64,000 nt of DNA from positions 51,212,001 to 51,276,000 of the forward strand of contig NC_042999.1 in NCBI RefSeq assembly GCF_006345805.1, read 5' to 3'. A program made the translations under genes and the position numbers. The notes beneath the pieces were generated by a model that saw only the letters and a list, made by a program, of their open reading frames with translations, did not search any database and was not told where the DNA came from. Of this stretch, positions 12,501 through 24,089 are shown one piece after another (the stretch's first letter is position 1; the number at the start of each line of letters is the position of its first letter). The DNA is from Octopus sinensis (Eukaryota).

Positions 12501-13190
12501 TCTGGTCAGCGGCTTTCAGCAGGTTGTCCCTCAGAAACGTCCAGTTGTCTTCTACCTCATGTGTAGCTATACCCCCTTCCACTTCGTCAAAGGCTTCAAG
12601 TAACATATCTCTAAATCTCTGTCCATTCGCAGGGGCTTTAAGCTTCCAGACCCTTCTTCTCCATGTTGGTCGTCTTCTAGTCGCCCTCTTTGTCCTGATC
12701 CTAAAGTCACTAACTACCAGTCTATGTTGTGGGGTGCATTCTTCGCCTGGGAAGGTTTTGGCATTTTTAAGCAGCCATCTTTCCCTTTTTCTGGCAAGGA
12801 TGTAGTCGATTTGGCTAGTATGCCGGCCCGATCGGTAGGTGACCAGGTGGCTTGTTGGTTTCCTGAAGTTAGTGTTGCAGACCATAAGACTATTCGCATC
12901 GCAGAACTCCAGCAGCCTGGTTCCCTCCTCGTTGCGGGAACCATAACCGTAGCCTCCATGTACGCCATGGAAGCCCCCAGCATGTCGTCCAACATGCCCA
13001 TTGAAATCACCAGCCACAAAGAGAAGGTCCCTGTCGTTCGTCGATGAGGTGGTCTGCAGTAGGGTGTCATAGAAACTGTCTTTCTGTCCATCGGGTAGCC
13101 CTGGCTGAGGGGCATAGGCCGATATAATGGTTGCTAATCTATTATGAAGCACTATTCTAATCTTAAGTATTCTGTCACTTAGTTTGCAAA
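9581..13190 (-). mobile_element. young 5'-truncated RTE LINE
   Basis: (GAT)n tail, 3' UTR and intact APE(partial)-RT ORF; 5' boundary approximate, no TSD found. Confidence 0.95.
9869..10312. repeat. 159-bp tandem repeat (about 2.8 units) in the RTE 3' UTR
   Basis: GGCCACGAGTCGGA recurs at 9869, 10028 and 10187. Confidence 0.92.
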
Positions 13191-13224
13191 AATATACTTC
13201 CAGTAATAGAAGCATATAAAACAT
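10399..13224 (-). CDS. RTE ORF2: partial AP endonuclease + reverse transcriptase with inserted PHD-type finger (941 aa)
   Basis: AYAPQ, GDFNGH, SQIDYIL, NYRGIKLL, DMEKAFD, VHQGSVLSP, LYADD, FRYLG; C4HC3 motif at 11053-11184. Confidence 0.92.
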   Translation of the reverse strand: MFYMLLLLEVYFCKLSDRILKIRIVLHNRLATIISAYAPQPGLPDGQKDSFYDTLLQTTSSTNDRDLLFVAGDFNGHVGRHAGGFHGVHGGYGYGSRNEEGTRLLEFCDANSLMVCNTNFRKPTSHLVTYRSGRHTSQIDYILARKRERWLLKNAKTFPGEECTPQHRLVVSDFRIRTKRATRRRPTWRRRVWKLKAPANGQRFRDMLLEAFDEVEGGIATHEVEDNWTFLRDNLLKAADQICGWCKVPLRPKITWWWNDIVDRAIRQKKQAWKAWKNGGSREGYQTARREARRQVYLARGEADKRKFANVLRREDERLEVFRVARQCVRENRDVVGEKCVRMEDGSLALNEDAKREAWRRHYERLLNEENEWDKESLPNVDPTEGPAIRVDSSVVAKAIRSMKTGKAPGPSGITAEMLKISGSVGYNLVTRIVNQVIHEGVIPNDWCSSILVNCYKGKGDALDTNNYRGIKLLDQVMKVTERVIAQLIRERVSLDEMQFGFVPGKSTTDAIFLVRQLQEKYLAKDKPLYLAFVDMEKAFDRVPRSLIWWSMRKLGIDEWLVRTVQAMYRDAVSKVRVGNMYTEEFKVEVGVHQGSVLSPLLFIIVLQAITEEFKTGCPWELLYADDLALIAESLSELEEKFQVWKEGLESRGLRVNLAKTKVLISRKVDNPQISSGRWPCSICRKGVGRNSIRCTQCKLWTHKRCSNVKGRLTGKIVFVCGRCSGALTSENLQKTTSVTFQGEKLEVVDSFRYLGDQVSSGGGCAESVTARIRIAWAKFRELLPLLVTKSLSLRVKGRLYDACVRTAMLHGSETWAVTAEDKRKLVRNEASMLRWMCNVSVHTRQSVSTLREMLYLRSISCGVQERRLRWYGHVARMDEDRCVRKCQSLAVEGTRGRGRPRKTWDEVVKHDLRTLGLTEEMTRDRDLWKYSVREKTRQDK

Positions 13225-13306
13225 TAGATCTATCCATCCTCTGTCTTCAGGGTGAAGATATAAAGATCTAACATTTCATATCATAATGCAAAGAATTTTA
13301 AAGATA

Positions 13307-13518
13307 GATGCCAGCACCGCCTCGACTGGCTTCTGTGCCAGTGGCACATAAAAAGCACCCACTACACTCGCGGAGTGGTTGGCGTTAGGAAGGGCATCCA
13401 GCTCTAGAAACACTGCCAGATCAGACTGGAGCCTGGAGCAACCCCTGGCTCCCCAGACCCCGGTCGAACCGTCCAACCCGTGCTAGCGCGGAAAACGGAC
13501 GTTAAACGATGATGATGA
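13307..13518 (+). mobile_element. RTE 3' tail fragment
   Basis: matches the RTE terminus, ends in (GAT)n. Confidence 0.9.
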
Positions 13519-14523
13519 GTGAGAAAGGCAAGCAGTAGTCAGTGAAAGGAGAAAGAAGGTAGCTTAATGGGTGTATGGCAAGTATTAAAGTAAGGGAGAG
13601 CAAGAAGAGAGAAGAGAGTTAGATCAGGAAGATGGTAGGGGAGAGGGATCAGAGTACTGAGAGAAGTAAAAGTAGAGTGTTTGTAGAGGGAGGGTCAGGA
13701 TAAGTAGTATTTTGAAGGGTGGTCATTGTTATTGGGTTTAACAAAAGATGTTAATAATCAGGGACAGTGCGCCTATAGAACTAAGGGAATTTGGAATAGG
13801 GAAAGTAGGGTTAGGGAAAAGGGTCCAGCTACTGATGATAGTGGAGAGGCAGAGAGGGAGTTCAAAGAATGAAAGTGGGTTGGCAACATTGAGTAGAGAA
13901 GTATACAGAAATATATGTGAGTGAATACAGGGAAGGATAGGATGGTAGAAAAGGCAGGAGGAGCTGGTAGTGCTAAGTTATTGTGGTTGAAGAAGAAACT
14001 AGAAGATTGAGAGAGAGTTCAGAGTATGAGGATAGGGTGGCTGTAAGTTCATGTGTGCTTAATAGTGGTACTTGAAATTAACAGTGCCACCTATATAGAC
14101 TTTTGCTTGATGGGAGTATGGTGTTACTATCAAGCATTTGTAGACTATGTTTTTCTTAGACAGAAATCTCCAAGAGAGCAGAGCTGAGACAACTAGAAGT
14201 TGCTGTTCTGGGGTTGGAATTGATCCCTAGGAAGACCTGGTTTATATGGTTTGTTAACAACAAAGATGAACAGGAGGTATCATCAGTATCAGTGTTTGAT
14301 TGGGTGGAGGTATTACCACTAGTATATGTGGTCATATCGGTAGTATTAAGGTTATTATTATTGAGTTGGGTTGGGTGGGGTTATTATATTATTGCTACAA
14401 TGTGGGTTGAGCTGGGATTCAGTGGAATAGGTTGTAGTGTCTAACGACATGTGAAGTTTGCATCTATTAGAGGAGGCAATTATGGATCCTATGTTAGGCA
14501 TGATAAAGTAGGGGATTTTAATT

Positions 14524-14900
14524 GGGGTGGCTGTGTGGTAAGTAGTTTGTTTACCAACCTTATGGTTCCGGGTTCAGTCCCACTGCATGTCACCTTGGGC
14601 AAGTGTCTTCTACTATAGCCTTGAGCCGACCAAAGCCTTGTGAGTGGATTTGGTAGACGGAAACTGAAGGTTGCCCATCGTATATATGTATATATATATG
14701 TGTCTGTGTTTGACCTCCAACATCGTTTGACAACTGATGCTGGTGTGTTTATGTCCCTGTAACTTAGCGGTTTGGCAAATGAAACCAATAGAATAAGTAC
14801 TAGGCTTACAAAGTACAAGTCCTGGGGTCGATTTGCTCGACTAAAGGCAGTGCTCCAACATGGCTGCAGTCAAATGACTGAAACAAGTAAAAGAGTAAAA
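14524..14900 (+). mobile_element. SINE family A
   Basis: full-length match to 7015-7435. Confidence 0.9.
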
Positions 14901-15626
14901 AAGAAAGAGATGATTTATTGAAGATTGGATGATATGTTGTGGTGGAATTTAGAATTTTAAAAAAAAGTGTTTAGGTTGGGATTTAACTTGGTGGGAGAAA
15001 GCTAGCACGAACCATAGGATCTTGCCTTCCATTACTGGTTACATATTTTTGCAAACTACATTTCCCAACACTAACTGTGAAACAGCTGTCAGACCTGCGA
15101 CACCATGGCTTCTCCCCTTTAATTTTCTGTGCCTATGTATTCTGTGTAAGTTTACTCTGTTAATATATGAATATCTATATTTGTACTTGAATAGTCATCT
15201 AAAACTTTTCAGTCATTGCTTTCCCTCTCTTTTCATATCTATTTATCTGTCTATCGATTGGTCTATCTGTCTGTCTGTCTGTTTCAATCAATCAATTAGT
15301 CAATGCAGAAGAATGGAAAAATTTTCTATATTTTTATTTCCATGATACACATATTTCTTTACAAGACAGGAGTTACAAATTCTTCAAACAAATATCAAAA
15401 AATAATACAAATTTACACTGGATGATGCTCCCGTTTATAGTATTAAGCATCAATCAGGAGTATATTGAGAGATAGAGGGAAAATGTTTGAGATCAAAAAT
15501 AGTAAGAGGACAAATGAGAGAGAGAGAGAAAATGTACACGTACATGCACACATATACTGCTCCAGTGCATCTGTCAAATTGAAGCAACTATTTATGTACA
15601 CCTTTATATATATGTATATATAAATA

Positions 15627-16891
15627 TCAGGTCATCCCATAAGTTCTGTCCGGTTTTACCTTTTTTAAAACTGAATGAAATTTAATAGTATTTTAGAATG
15701 TCTAATTGAATTAAAAATTATTTTTATGCATTTGTGTACATTTAAACTAATTAAATATTATTTTACAGAATAATAGAATTAAAATTTCTTTGATTAAAAC
15801 CCTTTCTAACATAGAAGTATCCAAAGAGCATTTGAGGCACATAATGCTTTATGAGTACAAAAAAGGAAACTCTGCAGCCGAAACAACTCGAAACATACAA
15901 TCAGTTTATGGGAAAGAATGCTTGAACGAAAGAACGTGAAGACGATTTCAGCCTTGAAGATGAAGATTGAACTGGACGTCCAGTTGAGTTTAATGATAAG
16001 CTCCTTGAGGCATTACTTGAAGAAAATCCTGCATTATCAGTTGAAAAATTGGTAATAAAGGTCAGTTCAAACCATACAACTGTTCATCATCATCTTCAAC
16101 AACTTGGAAAGGTTCCTAAACTTGGAAAATGGCTGCCTCGTGAATTGTCCGAAAGCAACCACATATCCCAAGTTGACATCTGCTCTTCTCTCCATTCTCA
16201 CAAACTCATTTCACCCTTTTTGGACATACTTGTGACTGGTGACAAAAAATGAATCTTCTATTGAAATGTTAAACATTGTAAACAGTGGCTTGGTAAAAGG
16301 GAAAAGGCTCAACCAGAACTGAGAAGGGAACTTCATGGGAAAAAGGTTCTTCTCTCTATTTGGTGGGATTGCAAAAGAGTAATTCACTTTGAATTGTTAC
16401 CACCAAATGCAACAATCAATGCTCAAGTCTACTGTCAGCAATTAGAGTGTTTGAACTAAGCTTTGAAGAAAAAAAGACCCACTTTAGTGAATCGAAAAGG
16501 AGTGGTGTTTCTTCAGGACAATGCATGACCCCACACTACTGCAAAGATCATATCATAGAAGATGGAAGAGCTTTGTTGGGAAAAAATTCCTCATCCACCT
16601 TATTCTCCCGACCTTGCTCCTTCAGACTACTATTTGTTTCATAGTTTAAAGAGTCATTTGGGGGACATAACTTTCACAAGCCAGGAGGAGGTCGAGATGG
16701 ACATTTCAGAGTTCTTCCTTTTGAAACCAAAAGAGTTTTACATTGATGGGATTAAAAAGCTTGTAAATAGATGGAAGGAAGTCATAGATAATCAGGGAAA
16801 GTACATTGACGATTAAATTTCAATTAAATACAACATTTGATCTCTTGTTTTCTTTATTCAAAATTCAGACAGAATTTATGGGATGACCCGA
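15627..16891 (+). mobile_element. full-length decayed mariner (family A)
   Basis: TIR TCAGGTCATCCCATAAGTTCTGTCCG and its inverse, TA TSDs; transposase remnants 15811-16816 (WLPREL, VTGD, QDNA*PH, YSPDLAPSD). Confidence 0.95.
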
Positions 16892-17543
16892 TATATATAA
16901 ATGTATATACAGGGGAGTACCCAAAAGTAACCAGGAACATTCTCAGTAGGACAAGCTTGTTGTTGTTCAGGCTTCCGCTGCTATAAGTCACTTGATGCCA
17001 CTCTCAGGTATCGGTCTGCCAACTGGTGGCATCAGTTTAAATCATACTACCACGAAGCCTGAACTACAACAGGCTTGTCCCACTGAGAATGTTCCTGGTT
17101 ACTTTTGGCTACTCCCTTGTATATACATTTATATATATCAGGTCATCCCATAAATTCTGTCCGAATTTTGAATAAAGAAAACAAGTGATCAAATGTTGTG
17201 TTTAATTGAAATTTAATCATCAATGTACTTTCCCTGATTATCTATGACTTCCTTCCATCTATTTACAAGCTTTTTAATCCCATCAATGTAAAACTCTTTT
17301 GGTTTCAAAGGGAAGAACTCTGAAATGTCCGTTTCGACCTCCTCCTGGCTTGCGAAAGTTATGTCCCCCCAAATGATTCTTTAAACAATGAAGCAAATGG
17401 TAGTCTGAAGGAGCAAGGTCGGGAGAATAAGGTGGATGAGGAATTTTTTCCCAACAAAGCTCTTCCGTCTTCTATGATATGACCTTTGCAGTGTGGGGTC
17501 ATGCATTGTCCTGAAGAAACATCACTCCTTTTCGATTCACTAA
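16484..17543. repeat. 1.06-kb imperfect palindrome (arms about 490 bp, 78-bp spacer)
   Basis: 16484-16975 is the reverse complement of 17054-17543. Confidence 0.95.
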
Positions 17544-18170
17544 CTCCCCTGTTCATCGATTTTTGCGATGGCTCAAATGAACGAACAGCGTGCTTCCATG
17601 AAATTCTGTTTTCTGCTGAGAAAAATGGCAGCCGAAACAGTTGTCATGCTTCAAACAACTTACAAGGACGCTGCCATGAGCAAAACATAAATTTATGAGT
17701 GGTTTCCATGCTATGGGAATGGTTACTTGTCACTTTAAGTCCAACCTCGTTCAGGACGACCGTCAACCTCCCAAACAAATGGAAACATCGTGAAATTTCA
17801 TGGACTGATTTTGGAGGACCATCACTGCACAATTGAGGAACTTGTTGATATAACTGGTTTGTTTTGGAGATCTTGCCAATGTATTTTGAGTGAAGAATTG
17901 TGAATGAAAAGATTTACAGCAAAATTTGTGCCTTGCTCATAGAAGATCAAAAGCAGTCATGACAATGCATGTCATGAACTGAAAGAACAATTGGAAGTTG
18001 ATCCAGACCTTGTTTTGTAGGTCATCATTGGTGATAGAAGCTGGTGCTAAGGAATTTGCAGATGTGGAAGAGGCAAAGAAAAAAATGACAGAGGCATTAA
18101 AAGCATCGCATCACAAGAGTTCCAGTACTGCTTCCAATAGTGGAAACTGTGCTTTTATGAAGTTTCTACC
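16910..18170 (+). mobile_element. decayed mariner (family B), interrupted by an inverted duplication, right end not found
   Basis: TA|CAGGGGAGT start; from 17568 MAQMNEQR..KFCF..KMAAETVVML...RSGRPSTS with stops. Confidence 0.8.
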
Positions 18171-18595
18171 TATGCCTTTTCTACATATATGTGTGTGTGT
18201 GTGTGTATAATATGTATATAGTTGTGGTAGATATGTAGATTAAATTCACTACCTCTTGCAATATTTTATGCTTTAGCATATGACAGTAGCCCAGTAGACA
18301 AGCTATAAGAGAACATCTGTAATTAAACATTAGACTATTGAATGTTCACAGTAAACATACTGAAGACTATAAATAGTATTTTTACTCTAATTAAATCATA
18401 TTCTAGAGCTGGAGAATGAGCACACCTCACTCTATAAAATATACTTTGGGGTGAAATAGTTTTCCAGATTTAGGGATTGAAGATTTGTTGGACTGTTATA
18501 AGTAATTAGTAATTGCACAAACTATATCTTTATATGTTGGCTTGTCTTTACTACTAATTAATTTTAATTTATTATATTTACTTTATATGGACTTA

Positions 18596-18620
18596 ATTTT
18601 TTTTTCTTTTTATATTTCAG
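18596..18620 (+). promoter_or_regulatory. 3' splice acceptor of the zinc-finger exon
   Basis: long T tract ending TATATTTCAG|CC. Confidence 0.7.
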
Positions 18621-18720
18621 CCTCTACCAATTTGTTATGGTGTCACACATCATTATATTTTCCTTGATTCTGTAATTATCAATACTAATTATTGCATTGG
18701 ATTATTGTGCTCCAACCTCA

Positions 18721-19836
18721 ATGGAGAAACTGTTCTCATGTGAAATATGTGAAAAGGAATTCTCTGAAATTTTGAAGCAACATACTCTTGGTCATGGCCG
18801 TGAAAGTGTGCTGAAAGTGGAACATGAGAATCCTCCTGATACAAACGATGTTAATTCTATTGTGAATAACACCAAAATAAACACTGTAAATGAATGTCTC
18901 CAGCCTGAAATGCAAGAACATGATAAAAGTGAACTGGTTGATGCCGACAATCATATAGCCATTGTAACAGTGACAGAGAGAGATGGAGCAGATCAACTTG
19001 AAAATTATGATCAGCAACAGCAGTTGGAAACTTTCAAAAATAGTAATGTCTTTGACACGAATGAATCTAACAATACTTGTATTGGCAACCCAACTTATGA
19101 GCATTCACTACAGCTTGAAGAAGCTGATATCAGAACCGGTGAGGGTTTGGACAACAGTGATAAACTTGAGTTATCAAATCCATCAGATTTAGAGCAAGAA
19201 GAAGAATGTTGTGGTACAATTGCATACAATTGTGAAACAGATAATGAAATAGTAACTGAAGGCAATGTCTGCCAGGAAACTCTTAATTTAGCCACACATC
19301 TTATTCAGTTATCCAGTAGTAACCCAGTGACACAAACAAACAGTGGTTATACTGTAAGTAAGCCATACATGTGCAGTTTATGCCATAAGTGTTTCAGTCG
19401 CAACTATCATCTAAAAATGCATTCCCTTACTCACTCGGGGCTAAAACCATTTTCTTGTTTCACCTGTTCAAAATCTTTTTCTCGCAGTTCTGACTTAAAA
19501 CGCCATTTAGCAACTCACACAGGGGTCAAACCCTTCGGCTGTACCCTCTGTCAAAAATATTTTTCTCGTTCTTCGGATTTACGTCGTCATACTGCAACCC
19601 ACAGTGGTGAACGGCCACATTCATGTCAAGTATGTCAGAAAGCCTTTACCCGCAGCTCAGATCTTCACAGACACAGTCAAACACACACAGGAATCAAACC
19701 TCATGCCTGCCAAATATGTGGTAAAGCTTTCTCTACAGCCACTCACCTCAAAAGACACACTACAACACACACTACAGAACAGAAAGCTTTCAATGTGACC
19801 ATTGTAAGCAATCTGACATCAAAGTGCATCACTTAA
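18721..19836 (+). CDS. C2H2 zinc-finger protein (371 aa): degenerate N-terminal finger, acidic spacer, five tandem fingers
   Basis: CxxC-x12-HxxxH repeats with TGxKP/SGERP linkers at 19366-19770; first in-frame ATG is 18721 (the track start at 18697 is TTG). Confidence 0.9.
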   Translation: MEKLFSCEICEKEFSEILKQHTLGHGRESVLKVEHENPPDTNDVNSIVNNTKINTVNECLQPEMQEHDKSELVDADNHIAIVTVTERDGADQLENYDQQQQLETFKNSNVFDTNESNNTCIGNPTYEHSLQLEEADIRTGEGLDNSDKLELSNPSDLEQEEECCGTIAYNCETDNEIVTEGNVCQETLNLATHLIQLSSSNPVTQTNSGYTVSKPYMCSLCHKCFSRNYHLKMHSLTHSGLKPFSCFTCSKSFSRSSDLKRHLATHTGVKPFGCTLCQKYFSRSSDLRRHTATHSGERPHSCQVCQKAFTRSSDLHRHSQTHTGIKPHACQICGKAFSTATHLKRHTTTHTTEQKAFNVTIVSNLTSKCIT

Positions 19837-20786
19837 ATTCTTATCTACTCTTTTATACAAATTGCAACCCTGCAAGCAACACTGATACAAACCTTATCTC
19901 AGTGCCTCATGTTGAAAAGAAACAGCAAGTTTTGTTGAAGTAAATTATTTATTTATTAGGAACTTATAATTACAACCATTTTTCTTTCATTTTTTTTTAA
20001 CCTGTTTTTTTTTTATATATTTTCTTTCTTGTTTTTGTTTCTGTGATGCTACAATCTCTAATGTGTAACTTTTCTCTGTATTATTTCTGTCAATTGTTAT
20101 TTGTCCGGCCATAATTATCGAGATGTGATAAGTCCACTGATAGGAAGAGCCGAGTTATGGTTGGAGATTCAGAGAAATTATTATGAAGAAATCAATTAAT
20201 CAATCTAAAGATCAATCAACTTCTGTAAGCACCTCAAAAGGAAACATTTTGCAATAGATTTGCATTCAAAAAATATTCTATGATGATTGGCAGGAATTGG
20301 CAAATTGGACTCAGTTAATAGAAACAGGTTTTTTTTTTATTATTATTAATCTTGATGCTAATGATGATGATGAAGGCTGGAAGCAAATAACGTAAGAAGA
20401 AAGATTATCTGAGACTCAACACAGTATTTATGGATTTATCATTGTTTATTCATGCCATGGTCATCTATTTCCCCTTTCGTACCGTTTAAATACCAGCAAT
20501 ATAACCAGGTTGATCTAGTTTACTTCAATACGGTCTCCAGACACAATGAATTGTTATTAATGCAGAGTGAGTGGCACAATGTGACAGTAGCTACTCACTG
20601 AATTTCACAGTATATTGACAGCTACTCTTTAAGCTGATCCCCATCTGCAATTTAATAATATATCTTCCCCCTCCCCCTATTTTATAATATATTTGTATAT
20701 TTCTATACTCCTCCCTCTGTTTTATAATATATAACCTTTATATCCACCTACTCTATCTTATACATTTCTATGTCCCCACCATATAA

Positions 20787-20934
20787 TATATATATGTGTG
20801 TGTGTGTATATATATGTGTGTGTATATATATATGTATATATATATATATATGTATATATATATGTATATATATAAATGTGTATATATATATGTATATATG
20901 TGTGTGTATATATATATGTATATATATGTGTATA

Positions 20935-20973
<39 letters not shown>

Positions 20974-21282
20974 ATATATATGTGTATGTATATATATATA
21001 TATGTATATGTATAGATTATATATATATATATATGTATATGTATATATATATATATGTATATGTATAGATTATATATATATATATATGTGTGTGTATGTA
21101 TGTATATATATATATAATATATATATGTATATATATATGTATATATATATGTATATATATATGTATATAATATGTATATATATATGTATATATATATATG
21201 TGTATATATGTATATATATATATAATATATATATATATGTATATATATATGTATATATATATGTATTATATATGTATATATG

Positions 21283-21327
<45 letters not shown>
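20787..21327. repeat. compound (TA)n/(TATG)n microsatellite
   Basis: direct inspection. Confidence 0.95.
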
Positions 21328-21330
<3 letters not shown>

Positions 21331-21628
21331 CCCCTCTTTTCTACAACATATAACCATATATCCTCTCTCCTCTATAATATACATCTCTATGTCCCTACTG
21401 TTCTACAATATAGAAATCTTTGTTGTTACAGTGTCGACCTTTCAGCCATTCTCCTCTCCAGCCTTCTTCAGGTGTCTCATATTTGGTAATATCACAGCTT
21501 GGAACCAAACACTTTATGAAACCCTCATCATTCCATTGTTCTCATCATCAGTGCATCACAGATATTCTTGTTGCTAGTTATTCTACAACTTGGGTTGGCA
21601 CAAGTTATGCTACAACCAGAGTACATGT

Positions 21629-21668
<40 letters not shown>

Positions 21669-21670
21669 GT

Positions 21671-21831
21671 AGGCATAGGCGTGGCTGTGTGGTAAGAAGT
21701 TTACTTCCCAACCACATGGTTCTGGATCCAGTCTCACTGTGTCCCACCTTGAGCAAGTGTCTTCAACTATAGCCTCAGGCCAACCAAAGCCTTGTGCATG
21801 GGTTTGTTAGACGGAAACTGAAGAAGCCCAT
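21671..21831 (+). mobile_element. SINE family A, 5' half
   Basis: head and core match; ends before the internal microsatellite. Confidence 0.8.
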
Positions 21832-21839
21832 TGATAAAT

Positions 21840-21965
21840 ATGGCACGTAAAATGCACCCACAACACTCTTGGAGTGGTTGACTTTAGGAAGGCCATCCAG
21901 CTGTAGAAATTCTGCCAGATCAAGATTGGAGTCTGGTGCAGCCATCTGGTTCGCCAGCCCTCAAT
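21840..21965 (+). mobile_element. RTE 3' UTR fragment
   Basis: TGGCACGTAAAA...AGGAAGGCCATCCAGCTGTAGAA. Confidence 0.75.
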
Positions 21966-22153
21966 CAAAGTTAGACACATGAAGGAAGTCTTATTTTACT
22001 AATATTTTCGACCTTTATATCTCTGTTCTTTGAATATGAAGCTATGTTTTCAGGGAAACTTGTTACTTTGAACAGTCTTTGTAATCTAACCATTTCTTGT
22101 TGGTTTGAGTCATCACTCATAAGTTTTACTGTATGTTGTAGGCCATGATCTCT

Positions 22154-22196
<43 letters not shown>

Positions 22197-22329
22197 CCAC
22201 CACCACCATCATCTCTTTCTTTATATATATGGAAGCTAAGTTCAAGAATTGTCTAGCAACTACAACAACCACGATCAGAATGCTAGTTCAAAACAGAAGT
22301 GTATAATAATAATAATAATAATAATAATT

Positions 22330-22530
22330 CTTTCTTTTATTGGCACAAGGCCTGAAATTTTGGTGGGAGTGAGTTTGTTCATTACAGCAACCCCAGCACT
22401 CAACTGGTACTTAATTTATTGCCCAGGAAAGGATGAAAGGCAAAGTTGACCTTGGCAGAATTTGAACTCAGAACACGAAGACAGTTAAAATGCCACAAAG
22501 CATTTTGCCCATCATGCTAACAATTCTGCC
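22330..22530 (-). mobile_element. tRNA-derived SINE family B (diverged)
   Basis: reverse match to 28541-28765. Confidence 0.7.
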
Positions 22531-24089
22531 ATATGTCCCCACTATTCTCTATATGTGTATGTGTGTGTGTGTATGAAGGTGTATGATGACCTAGTGGTTA
22601 GGGATGCCACACGCACGGTCATGAGATCACAGTTTCAGTTCCCTGACTGGCTGCTCATTGCATTCTTGAGCAGTCCACCCAGCTGTAAATGGATAACCCT
22701 GTGATGGACTAGCCTTCTGTTCAGGCAGATTGTTAGCCTTCTCACCTAAAATAATGCATGGCATATTGTAATCAGCAATGTATAACAACATCTGATAATC
22801 TGGCCAATCATATAATATATATATGTCCCTACTATTCTGTAATATCTTTGTTTCCACTATTATGTTTAACCGTATGCCGACCCTGTTCTTTAATATATCT
22901 CTCTGTGTGTCCCCTATAACATAGCTGCGTCTCCAGTAAATTGACTCTGGGTCATTAGTTAAGTGAGTGTGGTGTTTTCAGATCTTTATTGAAGCAACTA
23001 TGATGATAGATGTCTTGTTCCACTTGCTTCACTGATGATGTAAACTACGATATAATCCTGGTAAATAGAACCTCACTGAACTCTATGGCCAACTTCATGG
23101 GAGGATCTAAATCAGAACTAGTTTCCTACTTCATACTTCTCACTAGTGCATTCCTCTACATCTACATGGTTGCCAGATCAGCTAGGGACATCAGTCAACT
23201 CTCCCTCAAATCATGCTGTACCATCTTAAAAAAAGGAACACTGGTATTGTAAAAAAGCATGATGGTAGTGGCTGGAATGTCTTTGTCCCATAACATCACA
23301 CCCTAGCTTCTGAATCTAAACTCAACAATAATTTACATATTTGTATTTCATTGACTGCAACTTAGAGTTGAAACCTCTAACTATTGAAGTATTTAAAGTA
23401 AATATCTGTTTTCACCAAATGAGGCCTAATGAAGACCCCTGGAAGGGAATTATGGTATTGTCAGAAATGTATGTAAGCAGTTTCAGATGTTTAGTCATTA
23501 GTGATATGCTAATACTACTACTAATAATAATAATAATAAATCCCCTGATGCAATACCAGGCACTGGCTCTCATGACTTCTGATCTTCACTGATTGGAAGT
23601 GTTATCATGTACACTGTTTTGTTATGGTATAAAAGTTGGGCTGCAACAAATATTCTGCTCAATACCACAGATTTGCTTGTCAGTTGAGCATGTCCCTTAG
23701 TGGCTGACAATATGTGCATCTCTGATCATGAGCAGAAGTAGTGGGGGAGCGTCATCTGTTGACAGTTTTTTTTTTTTTGTGCGTGTGTGAGGGGAGGTGA
23801 ATAATTCACCTCAGGAAACATGGGTGTTTTATTAATCATCCTTAAAACAAACCTTATTCAGGGACCTTTTGAGCAGGATGGGCTACATGACCTGAAGAAA
23901 ATTCTAACTGGGCCCCACCTGCAAGGTCATGTGCTATTTATCTTGATATGAGATCACCATGTCGCACCTAGTGTACCCTTATCAGACAGGTAGCCATGAT
24001 GGGTATATTGGGCTTTGTATGTCTGTATCCCAGTGTCACTTTGAGGGCATGCACTGCTCTCTCACTCAAAAATAATAATATTAATCCAT

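Noticed and set aside
13520-14450. Purine-rich tract as a TE coding remnant
   Set aside because: No interpretable protein motif in the frames I examined.
18697-18720. ORF-track start of the zinc-finger protein
   Set aside because: It is a TTG codon; the ATG at 18721 is preferred.
20770-21577. Long YI/CV/HT/MDG-type ORFs here and at 44307-44668, 50555-51711, 57061-57410, 59329-59842 and 62381-63651
   Set aside because: They are translations of microsatellites.
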